Counted from the first letter of the stretch, positions 44,924 through 55,349 are shown. The stretch is DNA of 64,000 nt from an uncultured Enterobacteriaceae bacterium (GCA_964495015.1 CAZBUD010000007.1:21462-85461); one strand, 5' to 3'. Numbers and translations are program-made. Notes: generated by a model from the letters alone, not told the origin.

Positions 44924-47683
44924 CTAACGTCCAAACAGAGAGTCGAGCCCTTTCTGTAAAAGCTGTTCTTCGAGACTCTTTTCTTTCTCTTGAGCCGCGT
45001 CGCCCGTCTGGCCGACGCCTGAGTCTTTTTGCTGCGGGGAGTCTTCTTTTTTCGTAGGCAGAAATTTATCGAGCAGCCTTTCCTGTAGCGCGTTGGTTGC
45101 GGCTCGTTGAAGAAGCGTGCCGAGGTAAGCAGCGTCAGGGGCCGGTGTGACATCCGGCATTATTCCGCGCAAGGCAAAGGGGAGTTCCAAGCGGTTTTCT
45201 TCATTCGCAATATATTTTATTTCCTTGGCACCTTTGATGATGTCGGCAGAAAGGGCTTTGGAGAGTGCCAGTGTGGCGCTTAGGTCGACTTGCCGGCCAA
45301 AATCCATCCAGCCTGTCCCCTGCATCGTGAAATCACGTGCCGCAATGCGTAGACTGTCAAGCTTGATTTTACTATCGTTGAGGGAGAAGCGGCTACTTAA
45401 TTCATCAAATTCAGTATGGGACGAAGTGAAAATCGCCGGATATTTGTCGCGGACCGTCGGGGAGATTGCGAGCGACAGGCCGGAAATGCCTGTTAAGGCG
45501 GACAGTACGCCTTCTGCCATATTGAGATCTAACATCGCGCCGTCCACAATTTCGGCCTCTCCCTGGCCTTGTAACGTGGGCTTGATGTCGTCCCACGTCT
45601 GGCCATTCCCTGACAGGCTGAGGTCTAGCGAAGCGATTCCTTGGACCATTTGATCGCTGAGAGGGAGGGCTGCACGAAAGAGTTGAGTGAGATTGAGAGC
45701 CTCCACCTGGGAAGTCACGGAAAACTGTGCTTGATCCGCCCCAAAGGCGTATTGCCCATTCACTAAAACCGTACCCTGAAAAGCTAGGACTTTAAGGCTG
45801 TCAACCTTGGCTATCTGGTTGACCAACGAGGAATCCAGCTGGAAGTCAGTATAGGCAATCTGTGCGACGCTGCCCTGTTTCGATGTCAGTTTCCCTTCGT
45901 GCCGTAGCTCGCCTCCTTGCATCCAGGCACGTCCCGTCGCATGGATATCCTGTAGCGCATCTTCCGAATCCGCAGATCGGAGATCCGCCATTCTGAGCAA
46001 CGGTGCATTCAATTCATATTGCAGTTTGAGTGGGTTGAATTGTTCTAGGTGTACATCGAGTTGGACTTGAGATTGTCCGATACGTGTAGAGGTGTTAGTG
46101 AGCTCAGCGCCCTCTCCGGTAAAGCTGATGGACGTCTGCATGTCAGTGACAGGCTGAGGGAGCTGGGCAATCGTCGCGCCGCCGTTCTGGAGACTGATTG
46201 TGCCGTTAATCTGAGGGAAAGTGTGAGCGTTCAGCGGCCCCGCAATCCTCATATGGGTTTCGAAGTTCCCGCTGAGCCCATACGTCTGGAGGAGCGGCAG
46301 TAGCGGCTGGAGGTCCGCGAGTTCGACTTGATTCGAGTCGAGAGTGATATCTACTGCCGGAGGATTGTCCAGTCCAATGGTGCCTCTTGCAGTCAGCTCA
46401 AGCGTGTGGAAGTTCAGTTTTACCTCCTGCAAGCTCACTGCCTCTGGAGTCACGTGGGCATGGGTGGTGAGTGCAAGGATGTCGCCACTCGGCTTGGCCA
46501 ATAGCTCACCAAAACGAATGGCACTACTGCTGGCTTCGAGTAGACTGGTCACGGCCAAATTATTGAGCGTGCCGCTTGCATGGGCAGTGACTGATATAGG
46601 TCCCTCGATGCTGAGATCTGGAGGAAACTGGCCGGCGAGTGGCCCGAACTGTTGTAGACGCTCAAATGCAACCGGCCCGAAGGAAACGTCTGCATCCACG
46701 TTACTCTCTTCGAGCGGATTCGCCACATCCGCGCCGATCGGTCCAAAGCTGCCGCTCACTCGAATACTCGGCTCGTTCGCATCAAAGACCGTTGCCTGCA
46801 GGTCTATATTCGAGAGATCGACCGCTCCCACTCGACCAGCAAAGTCTGTTTTGATATTGAGCGGGCCTGAGATGCCTAGTCCTGGCGGTATTTGCTGCGC
46901 GATTAGGGGCAGCGCTTCTTGCAGCGTCTCAAGGTCAAGCTGGCTGAGTGCGGCCGTTCCTCGAAGCGGGATCTGATTGGCATTCCCAAGCACGGCACCG
47001 ACCGGGCCGGCTTGGATCTCAATAGCCACATTTTGCTGTTCAGCCAGAACGGCCGCGACGAGTTCGATAAAAACGGGTTGATCGAGACTCAAGTCATTTG
47101 CTCGGAGATCAAGCTGGGTGACGCGAAAATCAGATCCGTGCTGTTTGTCGATATAGCGTACGTCCCCGCCTTCGATATCGACCAATGCTATGAGCAGGGG
47201 AATGGCAGCAGCAGACGATGGGTCGGAGGACGATGTGTACCACGATTCTGTCCTGTCAGGCAGAGCCGACTCCTGGGCGGCCTGATCTCCTTGCGCGAGG
47301 CTGGCGAAGTTAAACCGGCCCTGTTCGTCCCGAATAATCTGAATGTGCGGCTTGTGTAGGATGATGCGCGTGACCTGAATTTCTTGTGATAGCAGCGGCA
47401 AGAGGGCAACGTTGACCTGGAGATCGTTGGCAGTGATAAAGTCGTCGGGAGAAAATACGGGATCGTCTGCGATACGGAACTGAGTCAGCCGTGCTCCAAT
47501 CCCGCCCCACACCATGACACCGATTTCTTGAATTGCGACCTCTCGGCCTAAGGCCTGTTCGATTTGCTGCAGAATTTGGTCTTTATTGCTGGTGATCAGG
47601 CTGTTGAGGTTGCTAACAGCAAAGACAATCAATCCGGCTATAACTAGAAGAACCGCGCTGATAATCAGCAGCTTCCGCATCAC
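44924..47683 (-). CDS. asmA: AsmA family outer-membrane biogenesis protein
   Basis: 919 aa with an N-terminal anchor MMRKLLIISAVLLVIAGLIVF, a long beta-rich body typical of AsmA/TamB-like proteins, and a disordered charged C-terminus. Confidence 0.85.
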   Translation of the reverse strand: MMRKLLIISAVLLVIAGLIVFAVSNLNSLITSNKDQILQQIEQALGREVAIQEIGVMVWGGIGARLTQFRIADDPVFSPDDFITANDLQVNVALLPLLSQEIQVTRIILHKPHIQIIRDEQGRFNFASLAQGDQAAQESALPDRTESWYTSSSDPSSAAAIPLLIALVDIEGGDVRYIDKQHGSDFRVTQLDLRANDLSLDQPVFIELVAAVLAEQQNVAIEIQAGPVGAVLGNANQIPLRGTAALSQLDLETLQEALPLIAQQIPPGLGISGPLNIKTDFAGRVGAVDLSNIDLQATVFDANEPSIRVSGSFGPIGADVANPLEESNVDADVSFGPVAFERLQQFGPLAGQFPPDLSIEGPISVTAHASGTLNNLAVTSLLEASSSAIRFGELLAKPSGDILALTTHAHVTPEAVSLQEVKLNFHTLELTARGTIGLDNPPAVDITLDSNQVELADLQPLLPLLQTYGLSGNFETHMRIAGPLNAHTFPQINGTISLQNGGATIAQLPQPVTDMQTSISFTGEGAELTNTSTRIGQSQVQLDVHLEQFNPLKLQYELNAPLLRMADLRSADSEDALQDIHATGRAWMQGGELRHEGKLTSKQGSVAQIAYTDFQLDSSLVNQIAKVDSLKVLAFQGTVLVNGQYAFGADQAQFSVTSQVEALNLTQLFRAALPLSDQMVQGIASLDLSLSGNGQTWDDIKPTLQGQGEAEIVDGAMLDLNMAEGVLSALTGISGLSLAISPTVRDKYPAIFTSSHTEFDELSSRFSLNDSKIKLDSLRIAARDFTMQGTGWMDFGRQVDLSATLALSKALSADIIKGAKEIKYIANEENRLELPFALRGIMPDVTPAPDAAYLGTLLQRAATNALQERLLDKFLPTKKEDSPQQKDSGVGQTGDAAQEKEKSLEEQLLQKGLDSLFGR

Positions 47684-47700
47684 AACGTCCCCCTCTTCTT

Positions 47701-48417
47701 CTAGGCTACTATATCTAAGAGTTCCGGAATATGTCGAATGACATGCTGGGGTTTTGCATGAGTATCGGGCGGGTTTCTATTCAACTGCGACCAAATCAGC
47801 ACCGAATTCATACCCGCACGATTGGCTCCAACGATATCTTGTTGCAAAGAATCCCCGACAAAAAAGACTTCCTGAGGTAAACATCTCGCACGTCTTAATG
47901 CCTCCGCAAAGATAGCTTGATCCGGCTTGCATGATTGCGCATCTTCGCTCGTTAGAAGCGAGTCAAAATACGGTTCAAGCGCGGCCAGCTCCATCATGTG
48001 CGAAAACTGCTCGTTATCAACATTACTGACAATACCGAGATGCAGCCTGTGCTGACGTAAAGCCAATAAGGTTTCCGTCACACCCTCCCGTAACCGAAAG
48101 TCGCGCTTGCGCTGCCGCCATTGATTTGTCCGATAGCGCTCAAGCTGTTCTGCGGTGAATGTGACTCCGAAATGTACAGCGGTTTCCAGTAATGCATCCC
48201 GAAACATATCCCGATGGAGATAATATGGTTGGGGCAGATATTCATAGAAGACGTGTTTAAGCGACGCGCGATAGGCGCGTCGAATGTCCTTGGCCTCGGC
48301 TGTAATTCCGGCCTCATGTGCCAGTTCAATTAAACAGGCCCGCTCGCCTGGCGCGGTTGTCTCATAGTCAAAAAGGGTTCCGCCAAAATCGAACAGCACA
48401 GCCCTGGCTTGTGGCAT
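47701..48417 (-). CDS. HAD-superfamily hydrolase (subfamily IA)
   Basis: Motif I VLFDFGGTL and motif IV FVGDSLQQDIVGA. Confidence 0.85.
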   Translation of the reverse strand: MPQARAVLFDFGGTLFDYETTAPGERACLIELAHEAGITAEAKDIRRAYRASLKHVFYEYLPQPYYLHRDMFRDALLETAVHFGVTFTAEQLERYRTNQWRQRKRDFRLREGVTETLLALRQHRLHLGIVSNVDNEQFSHMMELAALEPYFDSLLTSEDAQSCKPDQAIFAEALRRARCLPQEVFFVGDSLQQDIVGANRAGMNSVLIWSQLNRNPPDTHAKPQHVIRHIPELLDIVA

Positions 48418-48568
48418 GCTTTTTCCTTATCTCGGAGTAACCGTTGCTGGCGGATTCCGGTGTGTTTGCTCTGGATACCGTTGTCGGCCCAGTCTGTGTT
48501 CGTGACCTGTGGGGTTTTCGGTGCGGGCGTTCGAAGGAGCGCTCTGCTTGGTGCCTATCATCTGCTGC

Positions 48569-49540
48569 TTACTGCTCGTCTTCAATCGCCTCGTTGGCGA
48601 GTGCACGGATCTCCGGGTCGTTATGGGCTTGGGCTATACCGCGCAGAATGTCCCAGTCTTCGACATCGGCAAGGATGTCCATGGCGCGCATACGGATGTC
48701 TTGTTCCGAGTCATGAATGGAGAGACTTGCTGCACGTCGTTGAAAGGCCTGATCTTCAAAGTCGGCAATAGACTCCAGGGCGGCTTCACGCACGTCGGAG
48801 TTCTCGTCTTTCCGGAGTACTTCAGTTAAGACGTTGGCCGCTTCTGCCTCATTATCCAGATTGGCCAGTTCCTCGACCGCCTCTAAGCGTACGTTTTCAT
48901 CAAGACTCCCGAGCGCTTGAGCAGAAAGCAGGGCTACGTCCGGCTCATCTGGATCAATAGCCTGTGGGTGCTGAACGGGTTGACGCCGTAACGACGGTAT
49001 TAGAGCCCTGCTCGTTTTTCTGGCATACACTGCGACCGTACTGAGACTACCGTTTTCCCCGCTGTAACGGAACATATGATCCCTTCCCTTGAGCAACTCT
49101 TGAAGTCCCTTTCTGAGAGGGAGGTCTGCGAACGTGAGGTTAATCCGGTCTTGGGCGGGGTCAAGAAAAAGTACCCGAAATTCCCCTTTCTGGGCTACGG
49201 TTGTGAGGACTTGGTTGAGCGGAACGTCTTGAACATCAACGGTCAGCAATCCCTTTTTGAGTTTAATAAAAACATCAAGAACATGGTCTCCAAAGTTGTC
49301 TGTAAACAGCTCTCCCTGTTCAGTGTCCGGTTCGGTGGACTGCTTTGGTGGGAGGACCGGCATGATTTGTCCAGCATCTGCATCGGAGGTGTTGTCAGTC
49401 GTGACTGCCTGCGCCTTAGCCTGCATTTCAAAGCGCATTTTTTCTGAAACCTCAGCATCCGCCCATGCCTGGAGCGGCAGACCCATGCACGTCGCTACCA
49501 ATAGGGCCGCCCACCAGTAACGCCCTTCGTCTCTGTTCAT
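48569..49540 (-). CDS. Secreted protein with an STN-like domain and C-terminal HEAT repeats
   Basis: Signal peptide, an LTVDVQDVPLNQVLTTVAQKGEFRVLF segment (secretin/TonB short N-terminal-like), then repeats of the type D.NVRLEAVEELANL / DVREAALESIADF / DPEIRALANEAI. Confidence 0.7.
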   Translation of the reverse strand: MNRDEGRYWWAALLVATCMGLPLQAWADAEVSEKMRFEMQAKAQAVTTDNTSDADAGQIMPVLPPKQSTEPDTEQGELFTDNFGDHVLDVFIKLKKGLLTVDVQDVPLNQVLTTVAQKGEFRVLFLDPAQDRINLTFADLPLRKGLQELLKGRDHMFRYSGENGSLSTVAVYARKTSRALIPSLRRQPVQHPQAIDPDEPDVALLSAQALGSLDENVRLEAVEELANLDNEAEAANVLTEVLRKDENSDVREAALESIADFEDQAFQRRAASLSIHDSEQDIRMRAMDILADVEDWDILRGIAQAHNDPEIRALANEAIEDEQ

Positions 49541-49654
49541 GCCGCGAGCATACCATGTCTTTTATCTTGAGGAGAAGAGTCCCGGTTGAAGCTCTTTGGG
49601 CACTACGCTCACGCTACTGTGCTAGTACTTTGAAAGGGCTGAAGTGAGAGGCCT

Positions 49655-49743
49655 GTCATTCTGCACCGAAGCAGCGCGAAGGTGAAGAATCCCTCAGGCG
49701 CATAAACGAAAAGATTCTTCGTCGTATAGCTCCTCAGAATGAC
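49655..49743. repeat. Palindromic MITE/REP-like element, copy B
   Basis: GTCATTCTGCACCGAAGCAGCGCGAAGGTGAAGAATC ... GATTCTTCGTCGTATAGCTCCTCAGAATGAC. The right arm is the reverse complement of the left arm of copy A with 2 mismatches. Intergenic, just downstream of pyk. Confidence 0.6.
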
Positions 49744-49770
49744 ACTCCTCGGATGCTTATTGACAAAATA

Positions 49771-51228
49771 CTAGAGGATGTCTGTTGTTAATACGTTGCG
49801 GTCAGCTGAAATACTTGAAGCAATAATCACGCGTTTTCCCTGCCATCCATGTTGACGCAAAAAGTGCCGGGTCAGCTCGATCATCTCGCCTCGGTTTGTG
49901 GCTATGTCTGGAAGCAGCAGAGGCGAGACTCCTCTGACTAAGGCGAGTTGTCGGTAGGTTTCCAGTTTAGGAGTTGCGGCAATAATGGGCTGGAGTGGGC
50001 GGAATTTGGCCACAAAGCGCGCAGTCAAGCCGGAAAGCGTCACGGTCACTAACGCATCGATGCCAAGGTGGGTGGCCATATGGCAGGCAGCCTGGGCGAT
50101 GGCTTCTATTCCTGTCGAGTCGGTGCTATCGTCCGGCTCCTGTGTATCAGGGGAGAATAATCGGAGCCACGCGCGTTCCGTATCGGTTGCAATGGCTTCC
50201 ATCGTCTGCACCGCGCGAATAGGGTGCTGTCCAATAGCGGTTTCTTCGGAAAGCATCACGGCATCACTACCATCTATAATGGCATTGGCTACATCCGCGA
50301 CTTCGGCTCTAGTCGGGCGCGGAGTATGAACCATAGACCACAGCATCTGGGTCGCTGTAATCACGGGCTTTGCTTGCTGGTTGGCGCGATGAATTAGTTG
50401 TTTTTGGATCATCGGAACGTGGGAAAACGGGGTTTCTATGGCAAGGTCACCACGGGCTACCATGATCCCATCCGCCTCAGTCAATATGTCATCAAAAGCG
50501 GCGAGGGCAGCGTGCGTCTCGATTTTTGCAATAATCGGAGTAAATCCTCCGCGTTGGGCAATTTCCTGCTTAGCTGCCCTTACGTCTTCAGCCGTGCGGA
50601 CAAACGAGAGGCCAATATAGTCGACACCCTGGTCAAGCCCAAACTGAAGGTCGCGGACGTCTTTCTCACCCAAAATAGGCAGTCCAAGCAGTCCGGAAGG
50701 GCAGTTGACGCCCTTATGGGAGCTGAGTGTTTCCCCGACAACGACCTGACAGTGGATCTCTTCCTCTGTTACCTGTTGAACGGCCAGTTCCAGTGCACCG
50801 TCCGACAGGAGGAGGACATCACCGACTTTCACCTCGCGGGGCAGGTCAAGATACGAGACCGATACCTTATGAGATGTCCCTTCAACACTGCGGGTCGTCA
50901 GGGTGAACCGGTCACCCGCCCGAAGCTCAACCGATCCGGCCTGAAATGATCCCACCCGGACTTTCGGTCCGGCGAGATCCAGGAGAATGGCAACCGGTGT
51001 CTGCGCCTCATCGGCCAGTTCTCGAATGCGAGAAATTCGTTCGCCATGCTCGGCGTGGGTGCCGTGGGAGCAGTTCAAACGAGCGACATTCATCCCGGCT
51101 TGCAGCAGATCCCGGAGTGTAGCTTCTGATTCTGTCGCCGGACCTAAGGTACACACAATTTTCGTTTTGCGTGAAAGGGCTGAAAATCCACTGCTCGTAG
51201 GTATACGTTCAGCTTTATTTGGCGGCAT
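49771..51228 (-). CDS. pyk: Pyruvate kinase
   Basis: KTKIVCTLGPA..., NVARLNCSHG, MVARGDL, 485 aa. Confidence 0.95.
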   Translation of the reverse strand: MPPNKAERIPTSSGFSALSRKTKIVCTLGPATESEATLRDLLQAGMNVARLNCSHGTHAEHGERISRIRELADEAQTPVAILLDLAGPKVRVGSFQAGSVELRAGDRFTLTTRSVEGTSHKVSVSYLDLPREVKVGDVLLLSDGALELAVQQVTEEEIHCQVVVGETLSSHKGVNCPSGLLGLPILGEKDVRDLQFGLDQGVDYIGLSFVRTAEDVRAAKQEIAQRGGFTPIIAKIETHAALAAFDDILTEADGIMVARGDLAIETPFSHVPMIQKQLIHRANQQAKPVITATQMLWSMVHTPRPTRAEVADVANAIIDGSDAVMLSEETAIGQHPIRAVQTMEAIATDTERAWLRLFSPDTQEPDDSTDSTGIEAIAQAACHMATHLGIDALVTVTLSGLTARFVAKFRPLQPIIAATPKLETYRQLALVRGVSPLLLPDIATNRGEMIELTRHFLRQHGWQGKRVIIASSISADRNVLTTDIL

Positions 51229-52237
51229 GGATATGGCCTTTGACCTGCCGGACGGCTGCCCCGTTGGCCAGGCCGTCTTTCAGCCGTGTGAACGCGACGC
51301 TGGCTTGGGCCAGGGGAAATACTTCCGTGTGGGTATGCAGTGGGATGTCTTGAGCTAGACTGAACAATTCGCGCCCATCCTGACGCGTATTGGCGGTGAT
51401 ACTACACAGAGTTCGCTCGTAGAACAGGGTATCTTCGTAGTCGAGGGCTGGAATCTGGGTCATACACACGCCGGCCAACGCCAAGCTGCTTCCTCGGTCA
51501 AGCGCTGCGAGAGCGAGTGGAACAGGTGTTCTCGCTGGGGAAAAGATAATGGCGGCATGCAGCTTTTCTGGCATTGGGTCTTGTGCCTTTTCCACCCACG
51601 TTGCCCCTAAGTGCTTGGCAAGTGCGCGGTGTTTCTCTGTGCGCGTGACAAGGTAGACCTCACAGTCCCAATAGCGGGCAATTGGGATCACGATATGCGC
51701 GGAGCCTCCAAGGCCGTATAACCCCAGGCGCTGCTTTGGTTGTACGCCGCAGCGTCGTAGCGCCCGGTATCCGATAATACCGGCATACAGAAAAGGGGTA
51801 GGCTCAACTGATGAGAGATCAGAGGGTAGTGGATACACAAATGCTTCTAGGGCGGCCATATAATCAGCATAGCCGCCATGCCCATCGTAGCCGGTGAATC
51901 GCGACATCGCGCACAAGTTCTCTTCTCCTCGCTGGCAATACCGGCAGTACATGCAGGCGGCACACAGCCACGCCACTCCAACCCGGTCGCCTTCTTTGGG
52001 TGGCTGGACTCCTTGCCCGCATCGTACCACAGTCCCCACCGCCTCATGACCAGGAACAATAGGGTTGCAGTGTAGCGGCAGGTCACCCTCAGCTATGTGT
52101 AGATCGGTTCGACACACCCCACACACGTCAATACAAATGCGCACTTGACGTTGTGCTGGGTGAGGAGTCGGCAAATCCCATGGATGCAGAGGGTGGCTTT
52201 CTATCGGACCCGGGGTGACGACTGCCATGGTGTTCAT
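51215..52237 (-). CDS. Zinc-dependent alcohol dehydrogenase family protein
   Basis: CGVCRTDLH, GHEAVG and the structural-zinc Cys cluster CAACMYCRYC..G..NLC. Candidate starts are at 52228, 52237 and 52249. The 449-aa maximal ORF (to 52564) has a non-homologous N-terminal extension. Confidence 0.85.
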   Translation of the reverse strand: MNTMAVVTPGPIESHPLHPWDLPTPHPAQRQVRICIDVCGVCRTDLHIAEGDLPLHCNPIVPGHEAVGTVVRCGQGVQPPKEGDRVGVAWLCAACMYCRYCQRGEENLCAMSRFTGYDGHGGYADYMAALEAFVYPLPSDLSSVEPTPFLYAGIIGYRALRRCGVQPKQRLGLYGLGGSAHIVIPIARYWDCEVYLVTRTEKHRALAKHLGATWVEKAQDPMPEKLHAAIIFSPARTPVPLALAALDRGSSLALAGVCMTQIPALDYEDTLFYERTLCSITANTRQDGRELFSLAQDIPLHTHTEVFPLAQASVAFTRLKDGLANGAAVRQVKGHIHAAK

Positions 52238-53109
52238 ACGCGTTTCCATGCACGTTTTCGTGCGCATTTCCCGGCACGCAAACGTGCGCGCTCTCATGGG
52301 CCTACGTAACGTTCTGGGAGGCTTACTCGGACATGTCGACCAGTTGGTCGACGGTATCGGAAAAGTGGAGGTACAAGAAGAGCAGCGCATTTGATCGACT
52401 TGACCGTTACAGCATGCGCAGCCGATGCCTTTTTTGACACGAATGCTGTGATTGAAATAGGGAAAGTCGGCCAGCGCATGGACCCGTGTCCATGCGAGGA
52501 TGCTGCCTGTCACCTGATGTTTATGGTCAAAAGGGGACGGGCTGTTCACGTGCCACGCCAACACCCGTGAAATAGGAAGATCGCATCAGGGCAGTACCGA
52601 CCCAGCCTAGGGCGAGGAGAAAGAACACCGTCCCGAAACTACTCAGATTTGAGAGGGTATTGTTGCCCGGATGGAATCAGCGGCATACAGTGACTTTCTG
52701 GTACGTATCCTATTCGCCTATTCGGTTAGAAGAATCGCCGAGTGCCCATCCACCGTTCCAGAGACAGCAAGCCGCTTTGGCCCCCCTGCGGAGCTTGCAG
52801 ATTCTGCATGTCTGGTCACGTCAAGCACAAGAAACCACCACCTATTTCTGGATTCCTCACTCACTGAGAGGAGCTATATCGAGATCACGATAAGTCGGCG
52901 TACCATACTGGCTGTACGCGGAACAAATTCTGGTCCGGTCTTTTAGCTACTTTCTTTCCTAACGCTAGAGGCGCGGGTTCGGGGCGCCATTTCAAACAGT
53001 GACGTGGTTCCCCAGATTGATTGTGCCCAGCGCCTGAAGTTGATACGACCGGTAAACCTGTGTTTCTCTCGCTACGGAGAACGTGCAGATTATGGGTAAG
53101 GAGGACAGT

Positions 53110-53916
53110 ATGGGATATGAAACTTTTCGTGTGGATCGATCCGGTCAGATCGCGACGGTGTTGTTCAATCGTCCGGAAAAACTCAACCCGATCAACGAAC
53201 AAGTAATGCAAGAGTTTCTGGATATCGCTCGGACCTTTCAAGCAGACGAGGAAACCCGCGTAGTAGTGCTCACGGGGCAGGGCAAATCGTTCTGTGTCGG
53301 GGCTGACATGCAAATTCTGTCTGCTGGGAGTGAACCTAGCGCGCCGGCGCAGACGGGCGACGCCGCCCGCCTGTGTCTATCCAAAACCGGCTGGCGTATT
53401 ATGGACGAATGGGAGCGTTTGGATCAGATTACGATAGCGGCAGTCAACGGCTTTGCCGTCGGGGGCGGGGTGTCGTTAGCCATGGCCTGCGACTTTCGGA
53501 TTGTAGCGTCCGAGGCCCGGATGTGGATCCCGGAAGTGCGCCTTGGGGTGCCGTATATGTGGGGTTCCATTACCCGTCTGATCAATCTTGTGGGTATGGC
53601 CAAAGCCAAAGAACTCGTCATGACGTGTGATGAACTCAATGCCGAAGAGGCCCTAGACGTGGGACTCGTGAACCAAGTGGTGCGGCTCGACCAGCTTGAG
53701 TCAACCGCACGGGCATTGGCCCAAAAACTCATCGCTCGACCACCCATGGCGCTGCGGCGTACTAAAGATTTTTTCCGTGCGCTCCAGATGAATCGATCCG
53801 GTGATATTACTTATGCAGATGCCTATCTTGGCCTGTCCTGCTTCGGCAGCGAAGATATGCGTGAAGCAGTCAGTGCGTTTCGGGAAAAGCGGGACGGGGT
53901 GTATCAGGACCGCTGA
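53110..53916 (+). CDS. Enoyl-CoA hydratase/isomerase (crotonase) family protein
   Basis: IATVLFNRPEKLNPI..., FCVGADM, AAVNGFAVGGG. ATG at 53110 follows AAGGAGG. Confidence 0.9.
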   Translation: MGYETFRVDRSGQIATVLFNRPEKLNPINEQVMQEFLDIARTFQADEETRVVVLTGQGKSFCVGADMQILSAGSEPSAPAQTGDAARLCLSKTGWRIMDEWERLDQITIAAVNGFAVGGGVSLAMACDFRIVASEARMWIPEVRLGVPYMWGSITRLINLVGMAKAKELVMTCDELNAEEALDVGLVNQVVRLDQLESTARALAQKLIARPPMALRRTKDFFRALQMNRSGDITYADAYLGLSCFGSEDMREAVSAFREKRDGVYQDR

Positions 53917-55217
53917 GCGAGCTGTGGCGTAGCGAGCTGAAAATACCGAAAGCCGCCGCCGCCTTGCCACTGAAGATTCTTACTAATGCCGGTCTGATCC
54001 GAGCCGTCGATGACGGCTCGAAGACGCGGCAGCAAATGTGTGTGGCAGTGCTGTCCGTGTTCGATCATGATCCAGCGCCGTCCCATCTTATGCGCAACCG
54101 CACCTGTGGTCCCGGAGCCGGCAAAAGCATCTAATACCCAATCCCCCGGTTGGGTGGCCATCCCAATGATGCGTTTTAAGAGCGCCTCGGGCTTCTTGCC
54201 TTTGGTGAAAGTCACCTGTCCTTCATCACCCAAACCCGTTGTTTTAATGTCTGCCCAAAAGTCTCCCGGATGGACGCTGAGATAGTCAGCGGCAAACAGG
54301 ATGCGTATGCGGGGTTGCGCCCGGTCTGGATTGTAGCGGCTGGTCATGACGTAGAGTTTGCGTCGGGCTGTCTCGATGGTGAACGCGCCCGCTTCTGGAT
54401 CGAGCGCTGTGCGCTTGCGATCTGCGCGCTGCTTTGCGGTGGTACTGGTCGAGCACGTTCGGACAATACGCCAGGCGTTGGCCTGCAGCCATTCCGAGCT
54501 GAGGCAGGCGTGGGTTTCTCGTTGACAGACGGCATCAAGTGGTTCAAGCGAGAAATGATGACAGATAGTGTCCGCCTGGCGCAGGTCTTCCGAAGTACGT
54601 GCCGGATTCTCAATAATAGCCCTTAGGGTGCATATCGCATCGGCACTTGTCTGGCTGACGACCCATCTATACTCCGGATCCCAGGTATCTTTGCCGATCC
54701 GTTCCGGGTGTAGACCACGAACGCCCGACTTGCCTGCTAAGAGGAGATATTCTTTCAGTTTGGGGATGCTGCCATGTGCTCTGACGTGTGCCATTTTGAC
54801 ACCGGTTGGCTCCGCCATTTTCACGCAAATCGTTTTGAGATTGTGTTCCCCCCACATGTCGGCCAGCAAGAGATACAGGCGCGCAAATTCATTGTCATCG
54901 ATTTGTATGACCAGCAGTCCGTCTTCACGCAGCAAAGACCAGAGCAATGTGAGTCGAGGTTTCAGGTCCGTAAGCCATTGCTCGTGGGCTCTGCCATCAT
55001 CGTAATGGGGAAATGTGTTGCCGGTGTTATACGGCGGATCTAGGTAGATGCATTTGATGCTGTTGGTGAATTCCAAGCACAAGGCTTGCAAGATTGGTAA
55101 ATTGTCTCCATAGATAATACGGTTTTGAGAGGAAGCCCGGCCTGGCTGCGACTGGCCGAGGGCATGACTATAGTATGGATTTTCAAGGAGGCGGAATGTG
55201 GTACTGGCCGCGTGCAT
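53904..55217 (-). CDS. Beta-class (motif IV before motif I) N6-adenine/N4-cytosine DNA methyltransferase, Type III Mod-like, with no partner nuclease
   Basis: IYLDPPYNTG near the N-terminus, a ~250-aa variable middle, and FAGSGTTGAVA near the C-terminus. 437 aa. Confidence 0.85.
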   Translation of the reverse strand: MHAASTTFRLLENPYYSHALGQSQPGRASSQNRIIYGDNLPILQALCLEFTNSIKCIYLDPPYNTGNTFPHYDDGRAHEQWLTDLKPRLTLLWSLLREDGLLVIQIDDNEFARLYLLLADMWGEHNLKTICVKMAEPTGVKMAHVRAHGSIPKLKEYLLLAGKSGVRGLHPERIGKDTWDPEYRWVVSQTSADAICTLRAIIENPARTSEDLRQADTICHHFSLEPLDAVCQRETHACLSSEWLQANAWRIVRTCSTSTTAKQRADRKRTALDPEAGAFTIETARRKLYVMTSRYNPDRAQPRIRILFAADYLSVHPGDFWADIKTTGLGDEGQVTFTKGKKPEALLKRIIGMATQPGDWVLDAFAGSGTTGAVAHKMGRRWIMIEHGQHCHTHLLPRLRAVIDGSDQTGISKNLQWQGGGGFRYFQLATPQLAQRS

Positions 55218-55349
55218 GAGTGTAGCTCATGAGTATAGCTGTTGAAGGGCATTGCCCTGCTTTCAGTGCATAGCGTTTTGTCCAGCTAGGGCGCAATGGC
55301 GGTCAGCGATGGTCAGATAGATGTGCGTGTCAAGGATCGCTGCAAAAGC

